A DNA stretch of 64,000 nt, from positions 256,001 through 320,000 of the forward strand of contig CAWJSK010000012.1 of NCBI GenBank assembly GCA_963845535.1, in the 5' to 3' direction. The notes under the pieces were generated by a model, which was given only the letters and a program-made list of their open reading frames with translations, was not told the origin of the DNA and searched no databases. Positions 40,478-49,156 of the stretch are shown one piece after another. Numbering within the stretch: the stretch's first letter is position 1; each line of letters opens with the position of its first letter. Both the position numbers and the translations under genes were made by a program. This stretch comes from an uncultured Spirochaetota bacterium (GTDB lineage Bacteria; Spirochaetota; Spirochaetia; SZUA-6; Fen-1364).

Positions 40478-40506
40478 ATTCTACCCGCGGGAGCGTTGAG
40501 GCGCAA
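40478..40506 (-). promoter_or_regulatory. leaderless-type promoter of the aminotransferase
   Basis: minus strand TTGCGC, 17 bp, TAGAAT, 7 nt, ATG at 40470. Confidence 0.65.
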
Positions 40507-40527
40507 GAAAAGCCTCGGTGCCGCGGT

Positions 40528-40944
40528 TCAGTCGTCCTGGAAAAGGCGGCGGCCCTGCTTGATGGAAGAGCGCAGCTTCTTGCCTCGCAGGCGGGCTTCC
40601 CGGGAAGCGCGGTTGAGCCGTGTCTTCACCCGCTTGTTGGGTCTGCGCAGCGCCATGGAAATGAGCTCCGACATGCGGTCCACAGCTATCTCACGGTTCC
40701 GCACTTGCTGCCGGGTGTCCTGAACGGAGACGACGATCTCCCCCTCCACGTTGATTCGGTTGGCCAGGCGCATTTCAATCATCCCTCTTCCTTCCGGGGT
40801 CAGGAAGGAAAGGGAGGAGAGCGGGAGGCGGGCCACGACCTTGGTGGCAACCTTGTTGACGTTCTGCCCGCCGGGCCCTCCCGAGCGCGCGTAGGTGAAC
40901 TGGCATCTTTCGTGGATCAGCTCAGAAAGCGCATGAGGAGTCAT
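40528..40944 (-). CDS. arfB: alternative ribosome rescue peptidyl-tRNA hydrolase
   Basis: RSGGPGGQNVNKV, QDTRQQVRNR, basic C-terminal tail. Confidence 0.92.
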   Translation of the reverse strand: MTPHALSELIHERCQFTYARSGGPGGQNVNKVATKVVARLPLSSLSFLTPEGRGMIEMRLANRINVEGEIVVSVQDTRQQVRNREIAVDRMSELISMALRRPNKRVKTRLNRASREARLRGKKLRSSIKQGRRLFQDD

Positions 40945-42314
40945 GACGGGACCTTTTCGCAGACGGGCATCCGGATGGTGAACGTCGTGCCCTCACCGAC
41001 CGCCGAGCGCACGGAGATATTCCAGCCGTGGCTCTCGATGATTGAGCGCACCGTTGTAAGGCCAAGACCAAAGCCCTGCTCCCGCCGGGAGTTCGTCCCC
41101 CGGTAGAAGGGATCGAATATTTTCCCGATCTCTTCCTTTGGAATCCCGATCCCGGTGTCCATGATGGAAATCACGACCTCCCCGGGCGGACCCGCCATTC
41201 CCCGCGCCGTCATGCTGATCTTCCCGCCCTCCTCCGTGTAACGGATGGCGTTGCCCACGAGGTTCTCCAGGGCCCGGGAGAACAGTCCCGCGTCCATGCG
41301 CACGCAGGCTGTCTCCGCCACGTCCAGGCTCCACGAGAACTCCCTTTTCAGGATCTGGGCATCCTCGGCGAACCGCTTCGCGTTCTCCACGAGGAAGCTC
41401 TTCATGTTCACGTCGCGATGGGTCATGCGCCATTCCCCGGTTTCCATTTTCACGAACTCGATCAGCTCGGCGATCATGGCTTCCAGGGCGTGGGTCTTGT
41501 CCAGGATGATGGACAGGTACTTCCTCTGGCTGTCCGGCTCCGAGGCAAAACCGTCCGAGATGGCCTCCACGTAGCCCTGGATCAGCGTCAAGGGCGTGCG
41601 CAGGTCATGTGACACGCCCATGATGAACCGGGACCTGCGCGCGTATTCCTCCTTGAGCGCCCTGCGCATGCTGTCGAAGCTGCGGGTCAGGGACGAGATC
41701 TGGTCGTTTCCCCGGGCGGGCAGCTCGAAGTCCAGGTCTCCCTCCGCTATCCGCCGCGTTGCCCCCTCGAGCTTCAAGATGGAGCCGTTGAGGGACCGGA
41801 TAATCAGCACGCTCATGAGGGAGGAAAAAACGAGGAGCGTCACCATGCTGTACGTGATCATGAGGAGGAGCTGGTTCCGGATGAAGGCGAACTCCGGCTT
41901 GAGCCGAGGCAGCTTGAGGATGACGAGGGTCTCCGCCTGGCCCGTTTCCCGCGGCGTGTCGAAGACGAAGTGGTAGTTGTCCACGTTGTGCCGCATGTAG
42001 TCGAAAAGGCCGCTCTGTTCCGCCGACACGCCGGCGGGCAGCTCCGAGATGGTGGAGAACGTGATCTTGTTCTTGTCATCCAGGATCAGGAAATCCAGGC
42101 CGGCCGGCCTGTGCTCCGCCAGCTCCCCGAAGTTGTGGCGGCGGATGGCGCGCGGCATCTGTCGGTGAAGCCAGTCAATGACCGTTGCGTAGTTGGGGGT
42201 CGGCTCCCTCCCCCGAGCGGCAAGGTACTGGAACATGACCACCAGGGCGCCGACAAGGACGGGCACGACGATGATTCCCGCCACCAGGAGGACGAACTGC
42301 GTCCGCAGCTTCAT
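40941..42314 (-). CDS. HAMP-domain sensor histidine kinase
   Basis: two TMs, HAMP, SHDLRTPLT, NLVGNAIRY, DTGIGI, FDPFYR, GFGLGL. Confidence 0.92.
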   Translation of the reverse strand: MKLRTQFVLLVAGIIVVPVLVGALVVMFQYLAARGREPTPNYATVIDWLHRQMPRAIRRHNFGELAEHRPAGLDFLILDDKNKITFSTISELPAGVSAEQSGLFDYMRHNVDNYHFVFDTPRETGQAETLVILKLPRLKPEFAFIRNQLLLMITYSMVTLLVFSSLMSVLIIRSLNGSILKLEGATRRIAEGDLDFELPARGNDQISSLTRSFDSMRRALKEEYARRSRFIMGVSHDLRTPLTLIQGYVEAISDGFASEPDSQRKYLSIILDKTHALEAMIAELIEFVKMETGEWRMTHRDVNMKSFLVENAKRFAEDAQILKREFSWSLDVAETACVRMDAGLFSRALENLVGNAIRYTEEGGKISMTARGMAGPPGEVVISIMDTGIGIPKEEIGKIFDPFYRGTNSRREQGFGLGLTTVRSIIESHGWNISVRSAVGEGTTFTIRMPVCEKVPS

Positions 42315-43002
42315 ACGTGAATGGTCTCCCTGTTGAACCGGTATCCCATGCCGTGCACCGTTTCGATGAACTCCGGGACCGACGGGTCGGTCTCTATCTT
42401 CTTGCGCAGCCTCTGGACGTAGACGGCCACCGCCGTGATGTCCCCGTACTGGTTGCTCCACACCTGCGAATAGATGCTTTCCGGGCTCATGGCCTTTCCG
42501 GGGTGAGTGGCAAGGAGCGCAAGCACCTCGAACTCCTTCGTGGACAGGGGATCTTCTGCGCGCCCTTTTTCAGGAGGTACCCGTCCAAGTCCAGGAGATA
42601 TTCGCCGAACTTCACGCTGTTGGCTCCCGCCTTGAGGTCCGTGGCCCGGCGGAGGACGGCCCGGATGCGGGCGGTCAGCACCTTCGGGGAAAAGGGCTTG
42701 GTGACGAACTCATCCGCGCCGATCCCAAGTCCCAGGATCATGTCCTCATCCGTGTCGCGCGCTGAGACGATCACCACGGGCACGGCGCTCGACTTTCGAA
42801 GTCTCTGGAGAAACTCGAACCCGTCGATCCCGGGCAGGTTGATGTCCAGCACCACGAGGTCGAACTTCTCCTTTTCGAATGCTTCCAGCGCCGCCTCCCC
42901 GGTCTCGAATATCTCTGCGTTCATGCCTTCCTTTTGCACGTAGAGACGCACCAGCTCGGCCATTTCCCGGACGTCTTCGACAATGAGAACTTTTGCCTGC
43001 AC
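42311..43002 (-). CDS. OmpR-family response regulator (frameshift in C run near 42548)
   Basis: LIVED, LDINLPGIDG, SAR, GADEFVTKPFSP; wHTH STKEFEVL...VAVYVQRLRKKIE...ETVHGMGYRF. Confidence 0.88.
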
Positions 43003-43133
43003 TCTTCCTCGCTCCCTGTCATAGCCAGCATCGCGCGAAGCGCGATATCCGGTCGGAGTTTCTCTCCGAACCGGACGGGCCACCGCCCTCCAGGCCCCTG
43101 TCCCGCGCCCTTTCTCACCCGCGCCGCGCGGTT

Positions 43134-43150
43134 TGTTAAGGAGATGTTAC
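43134..43150. promoter_or_regulatory. candidate OmpR/WalR-type direct-repeat box
   Basis: TGTTAA-N5-TGTTAC about 130 bp upstream of the response regulator. Confidence 0.45.
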
Positions 43151-43190
43151 TGCATGGGGCTGCCGCCTTCCATAGACGACGAGTCAATGA

Positions 43191-43211
43191 GGCATAACTT
43201 TTTGTTATGCC
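43191..43211. terminator. hairpin at the 3' end of the PHP gene
   Basis: GGCATAAC-TTTTT-GTTATGCC perfect inverted repeat overlapping the stop codon. Confidence 0.45.
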
Positions 43212-44519
43212 CGGGAGGGGTCCATCGTCTTGCCGATCTTCGCGTATTCCCGGATGCGCTCCGCAAGAGTGAGGCCGGCGAGGTCGTTCCCCGGGTGGAA
43301 GAGGCTCCGATGCTCGTCGGTGTCCGCGAGCTTTTCATGGGCAATGAGGGCCCATGTGGCATCCAGGAGGTGGGAGAACTCGGGGCGGGTCAGCTCGGGG
43401 CAGTTGAAGGACTGCCGGGGGCTGTTGATGTCAACACCGCTGATCTCCATGAAGCCGTGCCGCGCGCACAGTTTCTGCACCCGCAGAAGCTGCTGGAGCG
43501 TGTTGCGGGGAGGCATATACGTGACGGCGCGGAAGCCGAGGCGCTTGCACTCCACCATCAGCTCGTCGAGGAAACTGTCCTCGAACTTCTCCGCCTTCTT
43601 GTCTCCCGTTGGGGAGTCCGTCACGTCCCCGAGGTAGGCGTAACAGGGAATCCCACTGATCTGCTCCGCAAACTGCACGGCGTCCCGAACGGGTATGCAT
43701 TCCGCCTCGTTCGGCTGAATGAAGACTTTGGACAGAAACGAGCTTTTCAAGAGGCCCAGCAAGTCGTACAGGAGAGCTGGGTTTGTCTCATCGCCGAGCC
43801 AGGCTTGCATGCGGGGCGTGAGCTCGAGCCCCAGCGAATCTTGCAGGAAAGAGACCAGCGGTCTTCCTTTACCAACGCCGTCCACAACCTTTCGCGCCAC
43901 GGCATAGAGCACGTGCCTCTCCGTGATGGAGCCGCCTTCGGCGGCGCGGGAAGCTCCCCAGACGTCGGCTCGCCAGTCAAGGGGATCAATCCCGTACGTG
44001 GGGAGGACGCTGCCGAGCCTCTCCACCATGAGCTTGTCGCGGGCCTCGCGGGCGGCCTGGATGGGTTTCAAGAACCGTCTCACCGCTGCGTCGCTTCGCG
44101 CGGGGATGCCGTGCACCGTCATGTACAGCACGTTTGGCGAATCCGGGTTGTTGAGCTTGCGGCCTTCCAGCCGGGTCCCCGTTGCGTTGACCCGCAGCTC
44201 GAACCCGCACGTGGTGGCAATTCCGAGGATCCGCCCTGCTTCCCGCATTTCAGCGGCCCCGGCGAGGGAGTCATGATCCATGACTCCAACCGCCAGGAGG
44301 CCGGCGGCATGGGCCCGCTCAGCCGCGGCCGTGGGCGAGTACGGGCTGAAGGAATAGAAGGTGTGGACGTGGTTGTTCACCTCGGCGGAGCGGGCAGTCG
44401 CTGCCCGGTGCGCCCGCGGCGGCGGCCGCGGCTGCGCCCGCCCCGGCAACGATTCCGCGCAGGGCGGCCAGGCGGTCCGCCGCCGCGGCCGCGTTGAGAA
44501 CGTCAGGAAGCTGAGTCAT
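43205..44519 (-). CDS. PHP-domain metal-dependent phosphoesterase-like protein (frameshift near 44420)
   Basis: NNHVHTFYSFSPYSP, MDHDSL, CGFE, YAYLGD, SGVDINSPRQ. Confidence 0.8.
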
Positions 44520-44526
44520 GGGCGTT

Positions 44527-44820
44527 CTATTTCTGCTCGAAGTACTTCAGGTCCCAGATCGTCTGTTCGGGACTGGCAACCACCAGGGAGGACAGCCGCG
44601 CGAGGAGACGCTTGAACACCCCGGTCTCCATGAATTGTCGGGCATGCGCGTTGTCCACCCAGGTGCCCATGGCCATCGCGTTCGGCCGGGCAACAAGGAA
44701 CTGCATCCGGACGAACCCGGGCTGGCTTCGAGCGTGCTCCATGACCTCGCTCTTCCAGATCTCGCACGCCTCATCGAAGGATTCTTCCTTGAAGCGGTAG
44801 AGCATCGTCGCCGTGTACAT
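44527..44820 (-). CDS. antibiotic biosynthesis monooxygenase (ABM)-like protein
   Basis: about 97 aa, ARSQPGFVRM...GTW ABM pattern; strong AGGAGG SD. Confidence 0.7.
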   Translation of the reverse strand: MYTATMLYRFKEESFDEACEIWKSEVMEHARSQPGFVRMQFLVARPNAMAMGTWVDNAHARQFMETGVFKRLLARLSSLVVASPEQTIWDLKYFEQK

Positions 44821-44946
44821 TCCCCCCTCCTTGGCCCGAGTATAGCGCAAAAAGCAGGCGCGGGCGACGCTGAGAAAAGCCCGCGACCGGAAAGAAATCG
44901 CTGCTCTTGCTTGACTCATCACGCCGAGAGGGATAGAGATTAGCTC

Positions 44947-47562
44947 ATGAGAAATCCATCCGCTTCCGTGGTCAGCGCGGAGCAGGAGAGGACGCTCATC
45001 GAGGCGTGCTCCCTCACTACGGAGGAATGCCTCGCCCGCCTGGGGGGCCGTGACAAAGGACTGACGTCGGAAGAGGCTGAAGAAAAGCTCAGGACGGCCG
45101 GCCGTAATGAGGTCAGCCTGAAAAAAGGCGGCGCCTTCAGCCGGACGGTCCGCCGTTTTGCCAACCCGCTGGTGATCCAGCTCCTCATCATAGCCGGGGT
45201 TTCATTCCTGATGGGGGACCTTCGCTCCACCCTGGTCGTGGGAGGGATGGTCCTCCTGAGCGTGGGCCTTTCCGCGGTCCAGGAGGAAAGGTCCGGCAAG
45301 GCCGTCGAACACCTGCAGGCTATGGTCCGGACCACGGCAAACGTCGTCCGTGAGGGGAAGGAAGCGGAGATCCCGCTTGCAGAAATAGTCCCCGGTGATG
45401 TCGTAGTCCTTGACGCCGGTTCGCTGGTCCCCGCTGACATACGCCTCATCTCCACAAAGGACTTCTTCGTCAGCCAGAGCGCGCTCACCGGGGAATCCAT
45501 GCCCGTGGAAAAGAGCGCGGCCCCCGTTGCCGGCAACGGCCGCTCCGCCCTGGAGCTGCCCAACGCCTGCTTCCAGGGAAGCAATGTGCTTTCCGGCACG
45601 GCGCGCGGCGTCGTGGTGAATACGGGCGCCCGGACCTACTTCGGCGCCATCACCCGCAAGCTTGCAGGTCAGCGGGCCCTGACGAGCTTTGACAAGGGAA
45701 TATCGGGATTCACGTGGCTGATGATCAGGTTCATGGTCATCATGGTCCTGATCGTCTTCCTTATTATAGGGCTGACCAAGCACAACTGGATGGACGCCCT
45801 CCTGTTTGGGCTGTCCGTTGCCGTGGGGCTCACCCCGGAAATGCTCCCCATGATCGTAACGGTGAACCTTGCCAAGGGCGCGCTTGCCATGTCGCGCAAG
45901 AAGGCAATCGTCAAGCGGTTGAACTCAATCCAGAACTTCGGCGCCATTGACGTTCTCTGCACGGACAAGACGGGGACCCTCACGCAGGACCGTGTCGTGC
46001 TGGAAAAGCACGTAGACGTGATTGGCAGGTCCAGTGACGAGGTGCTGCGCTACGCCTGGATGAACAGCTACTACCAGACGGGACTGCGGAACCTCCTGGA
46101 CCGCTCGGTGCTCTCCCACACGGAGTTCGAGGTGGAATCCCGCTGCCGCAAGGTGGATGAGATCCCTTTCGACTTCACCCGAAAGCGCATGTCCGTGGTG
46201 GTGGAGTACGAAGGGGACCACGTGCTGATCTGCAAGGGCGCGGTGGAGGACGTGTTCAAGGTCTGCACCAGCTACCAGGTGGATGAGGACGTGAACCCCC
46301 TGATCGACATGATCAAGCAGGACGTGCTGGAGGACTACGAGGCCCTCAGCGCGGACGGCTACCGCGTGCTGGCAATTGCCTACCGGGAGTTCGGCAGGGA
46401 GAAGGAGACGTTCGCCGCCGCGGATGAGGCGGACATGATCCTCCTGGGGTACATTGCCTTCTTTGATCCTCCCAAGGAATCCACTCCGAAGGCCATCAAG
46501 GCGCTCAGGGACGCCGGGGTGTCCGTGAAGATTCTCACGGGGGACAATGACCTCGTGACGCGCAAAGTCTGCAAGGACGTTGGGATCGACGCGCAGAGCC
46601 TGGTCACGGGCGCGCAGCTCCAGGGCCTGTCCTCCGAGAAGATCGCGGAGCTGGCGGAAGCAACAACCGTATTCGCGCGTCTTTCCCCTACGCAGAAGGA
46701 GCAGATCATCCAGGCCTTGCAGAGCAAGGGGCACGTGGTGGGGTTCCTGGGGGACGGGATCAATGATGCCCCCGCCCTCAAGAGGGCTGACGTCGGGATC
46801 TCCGTGGACACGGCAGTGGACGTGGCAAAGGAAGCGGCGGACATCGTCCTCCTGGAAAAGAGCCTCATGGTCCTGGACAACGGGATCATTGAGGGCAGGA
46901 AGGTGTTCGGGAACATCATCAAGTACATCCGCATGGGCGCCAGCTCCAACTTCGGCAACATGTTCAGCGTGGTGGGAGGCAGCTTCTTTCTCCCCTTCCT
47001 TCCCATGCTGCCCATCCAGGTGCTTTTGAACAACATGCTGTACGACATCTCGCAGATCGGCATCCCGTCGGACACGGTGGACCCTGAGTTCACGAAGTCC
47101 CCGCGCAAGTGGAACATCGGGAACATCAGGCGTTTCATGATGTTCATTGGCCCTATGAGCTCCATCTTCGACTACGCTACGTTCCTGCTGATGCTCTTCT
47201 TCTTCGGTGCAATCGCCTGGACGGCATCCGGTACCAGTGAGGCGGTGAAATCCCACCTGGAGGCGCTTTTCCACACGGGCTGGTTCGTGGAGTCCATCCT
47301 CACGCAGACACTCATCGTGCACGTGATCAGGACGCGCAAGATACCGTTCATCCAGAGCCGCGCGAGCCCCGTGATGTTCTTTTTCACGTTCCTCGTGATG
47401 GGAATCGGCGCCTACCTTCCCTATTCCCCCGTGGCCGGCGCCCTGGGTCTTGTCCCGCTGCCGGGAATCTACTGGGCCTGGATTGCCGGGTTCCTCGTGA
47501 TGTACTGCGCCCTAACCCACTTCGTGAAGACCTGGTTCTTCCACAAGTTCGGAGTCGACTGA
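44947..47562 (+). CDS. mgtA: magnesium-translocating P-type ATPase
   Basis: LTGESMPVEK, VGLTPEMLPMIV, DKTGTLTQD, PFDFTRKRMS, KGAVE, GDGINDAP, SSNFGNMFS, NMLYD. Confidence 0.95.
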   Translation: MRNPSASVVSAEQERTLIEACSLTTEECLARLGGRDKGLTSEEAEEKLRTAGRNEVSLKKGGAFSRTVRRFANPLVIQLLIIAGVSFLMGDLRSTLVVGGMVLLSVGLSAVQEERSGKAVEHLQAMVRTTANVVREGKEAEIPLAEIVPGDVVVLDAGSLVPADIRLISTKDFFVSQSALTGESMPVEKSAAPVAGNGRSALELPNACFQGSNVLSGTARGVVVNTGARTYFGAITRKLAGQRALTSFDKGISGFTWLMIRFMVIMVLIVFLIIGLTKHNWMDALLFGLSVAVGLTPEMLPMIVTVNLAKGALAMSRKKAIVKRLNSIQNFGAIDVLCTDKTGTLTQDRVVLEKHVDVIGRSSDEVLRYAWMNSYYQTGLRNLLDRSVLSHTEFEVESRCRKVDEIPFDFTRKRMSVVVEYEGDHVLICKGAVEDVFKVCTSYQVDEDVNPLIDMIKQDVLEDYEALSADGYRVLAIAYREFGREKETFAAADEADMILLGYIAFFDPPKESTPKAIKALRDAGVSVKILTGDNDLVTRKVCKDVGIDAQSLVTGAQLQGLSSEKIAELAEATTVFARLSPTQKEQIIQALQSKGHVVGFLGDGINDAPALKRADVGISVDTAVDVAKEAADIVLLEKSLMVLDNGIIEGRKVFGNIIKYIRMGASSNFGNMFSVVGGSFFLPFLPMLPIQVLLNNMLYDISQIGIPSDTVDPEFTKSPRKWNIGNIRRFMMFIGPMSSIFDYATFLLMLFFFGAIAWTASGTSEAVKSHLEALFHTGWFVESILTQTLIVHVIRTRKIPFIQSRASPVMFFFTFLVMGIGAYLPYSPVAGALGLVPLPGIYWAWIAGFLVMYCALTHFVKTWFFHKFGVD

Positions 47563-48371
47563 TGAAAAGTCTCCTGGATGCGCTGCAGGAAGGAAGATTG
47601 ATCGAGCTGCCGGAAACGGACAAGGACAAGAGCCTCCAGCTCCTGGCCACGCTCATCGAGGCAATCCCCGACGTAAGAAGCGGCCTGGACTTTGCCGGCA
47701 TGGTGCTGGCCCGGGAGAAGCAGGCCAATACGTCAATCGGGCACGGATGGGCCTGTCCGCATGGGCGCGTGGCGGGAGAAGGGGAGCTTTTCTGCGCCAT
47801 TGGATGGAGCCCCACCGGGATCGACTATGGAGGCTCAGACGGCAAGCAGGTGCACATTGCCATCATGCACTACATCCCGGACTCCCAGAAGAATACGTAT
47901 CTCAAGGAGATATCCGGCCTGGCAAAAGCCATCAAGAACAACCCTGCCCTGGGGGAGCTGTCCAACGCAAAAGAGCTGGGCGAGGTCAGGTCACGGCTGA
48001 TCGACCTTCTCACTGCGGCGGTGGAGAGCGCGCTGCCGGACGTGAAGGCCCGCATGATCCAGCTGGAGGCCAAGCACGCGGTCTCCGCGTACGCGGAGAC
48101 CCTGCCGGCGGAATCCCTTTCCGCGCTGAGCCTTATCCCCCTTTCGGTTGTCATAGTGCCGGGCGCCCGACCTCTCGTGCTCTCCCAGGACAAGGAAATC
48201 ATTCCCGTGATAGAGGGCGCCGGAGACATTGCGGGGCACCTCGCCTCCCGCGCTCCCTTTGACCGCTCCGGCTACCGCATCCTTACCCGTTCCGTATCCG
48301 CCTTCCAACCGGACAGGCTGTTCTACGACTGCATTGCGGTGAAGCTGGCCAACGGGGCGCAAAAGAAGTAA
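47562..48371 (+). CDS. PTS EIIA (Fru/Ntr-type) domain protein with C-terminal extension
   Basis: LAREKQANTSIGHGWACPHGR (phospho-His motif), G.DYG..DGKQVH; TGATG overlap with mgtA stop. Confidence 0.8.
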   Translation: MKSLLDALQEGRLIELPETDKDKSLQLLATLIEAIPDVRSGLDFAGMVLAREKQANTSIGHGWACPHGRVAGEGELFCAIGWSPTGIDYGGSDGKQVHIAIMHYIPDSQKNTYLKEISGLAKAIKNNPALGELSNAKELGEVRSRLIDLLTAAVESALPDVKARMIQLEAKHAVSAYAETLPAESLSALSLIPLSVVIVPGARPLVLSQDKEIIPVIEGAGDIAGHLASRAPFDRSGYRILTRSVSAFQPDRLFYDCIAVKLANGAQKK

Positions 48372-48398
48372 CCTCCCTCCGCGCGGAAGTCGGACACT

Positions 48399-48791
48399 TC
48401 AGAAAAGCTGAATACGCGCGCTGTGTCCCGTGGAGCGCGCCAACCGTTGATCACGCGTAACCAGGGGCGCGTCGAGCGCCTCAGCCAGGGCAACATAAGC
48501 GGCGTCATATGCGCTCACGGAGTTCCTCAGGTCCCAGATCCGGGGGAGGAGATGCTTGTGAGGGTGGCGAGTCAGAAGAATATCAGCAAAGACCGCCATG
48601 GAGGCACGGCAACGCTCCGTGTCAACTCTGCCGGTTACGGCGTAACGACGAAGAACCTGCGCCACCTCAACATCGATCAGGTGTGGCGCATGAAGGGTTT
48701 CCCCCGGAGCGAACAGCCTCTTCTCCAGGGCCGAGGCGTTCGGGGAGCGAAGGAGAATTTCCACGATGGCCGAAGCATCAACCACGATCAC
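48399..48791 (-). CDS. vapC: VapC-family PIN toxin
   Basis: VIVVDASAIVEIL, APHLIDVEVAQVLRR, SAYDAAYVALAE, LVTRDQRL. Confidence 0.9.
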   Translation of the reverse strand: MIVVDASAIVEILLRSPNASALEKRLFAPGETLHAPHLIDVEVAQVLRRYAVTGRVDTERCRASMAVFADILLTRHPHKHLLPRIWDLRNSVSAYDAAYVALAEALDAPLVTRDQRLARSTGHSARIQLF

Positions 48792-49018
48792 CGACTGTCC
48801 CGCTCTTCCCGCAGCACTTCCGCGGGTGAAATTCCCGGGTTGACCGGAGGGAGACGAGCGAGCCGGGCGCGCCATTCCTCCAGCGTGGGCTGTGCCGCGG
48901 CCTCCCGGATCTGGCTCAAGAGGTAGTCCGAGAGCGACATGCCTGCCATGGCCGCGCGCGCCTTGAGCTTGCGGTGCAAGTCATCAGGCACGTTGCGGAT
49001 CTGGATCATCCTTGACAT
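48788..49018 (-). CDS. ribbon-helix-helix antitoxin (FitA/VapB-like)
   Basis: MSRMIQIRNVPDDLHRKLKARAAMAGMSLSDYLL...; GTGA overlap with the toxin. Confidence 0.85.
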   Translation of the reverse strand: MSRMIQIRNVPDDLHRKLKARAAMAGMSLSDYLLSQIREAAAQPTLEEWRARLARLPPVNPGISPAEVLREERDSR

Positions 49019-49054
49019 GCCATAAACATGCAAACATGCTCTGCGCATGTCAAG
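49011..49054 (-). promoter_or_regulatory. TA promoter and operator
   Basis: perfect inverted repeat CTTGACATGC...GCATGTCAAG with internal AAACATGC x2; minus strand TTGACA, 17 bp, CATGTT, 6 nt, ATG. Confidence 0.65.
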
Positions 49055-49156
49055 CTGTCTTGAGCTTCTTTTTGCACGCATGCATTGAATGACGTGTGGA
49101 GAGTCCGCCTGATTGCGGCGCTTCCCCTTTAGACGGGTCCCCCTTACCTTTAGCTC

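Noticed and set aside
44821..44946. M-box or mgtL-type Mg2+ leader
   Set aside because: Intergenic region is only 126 bp, shared with a divergent gene, and the candidate promoter abuts the start codon
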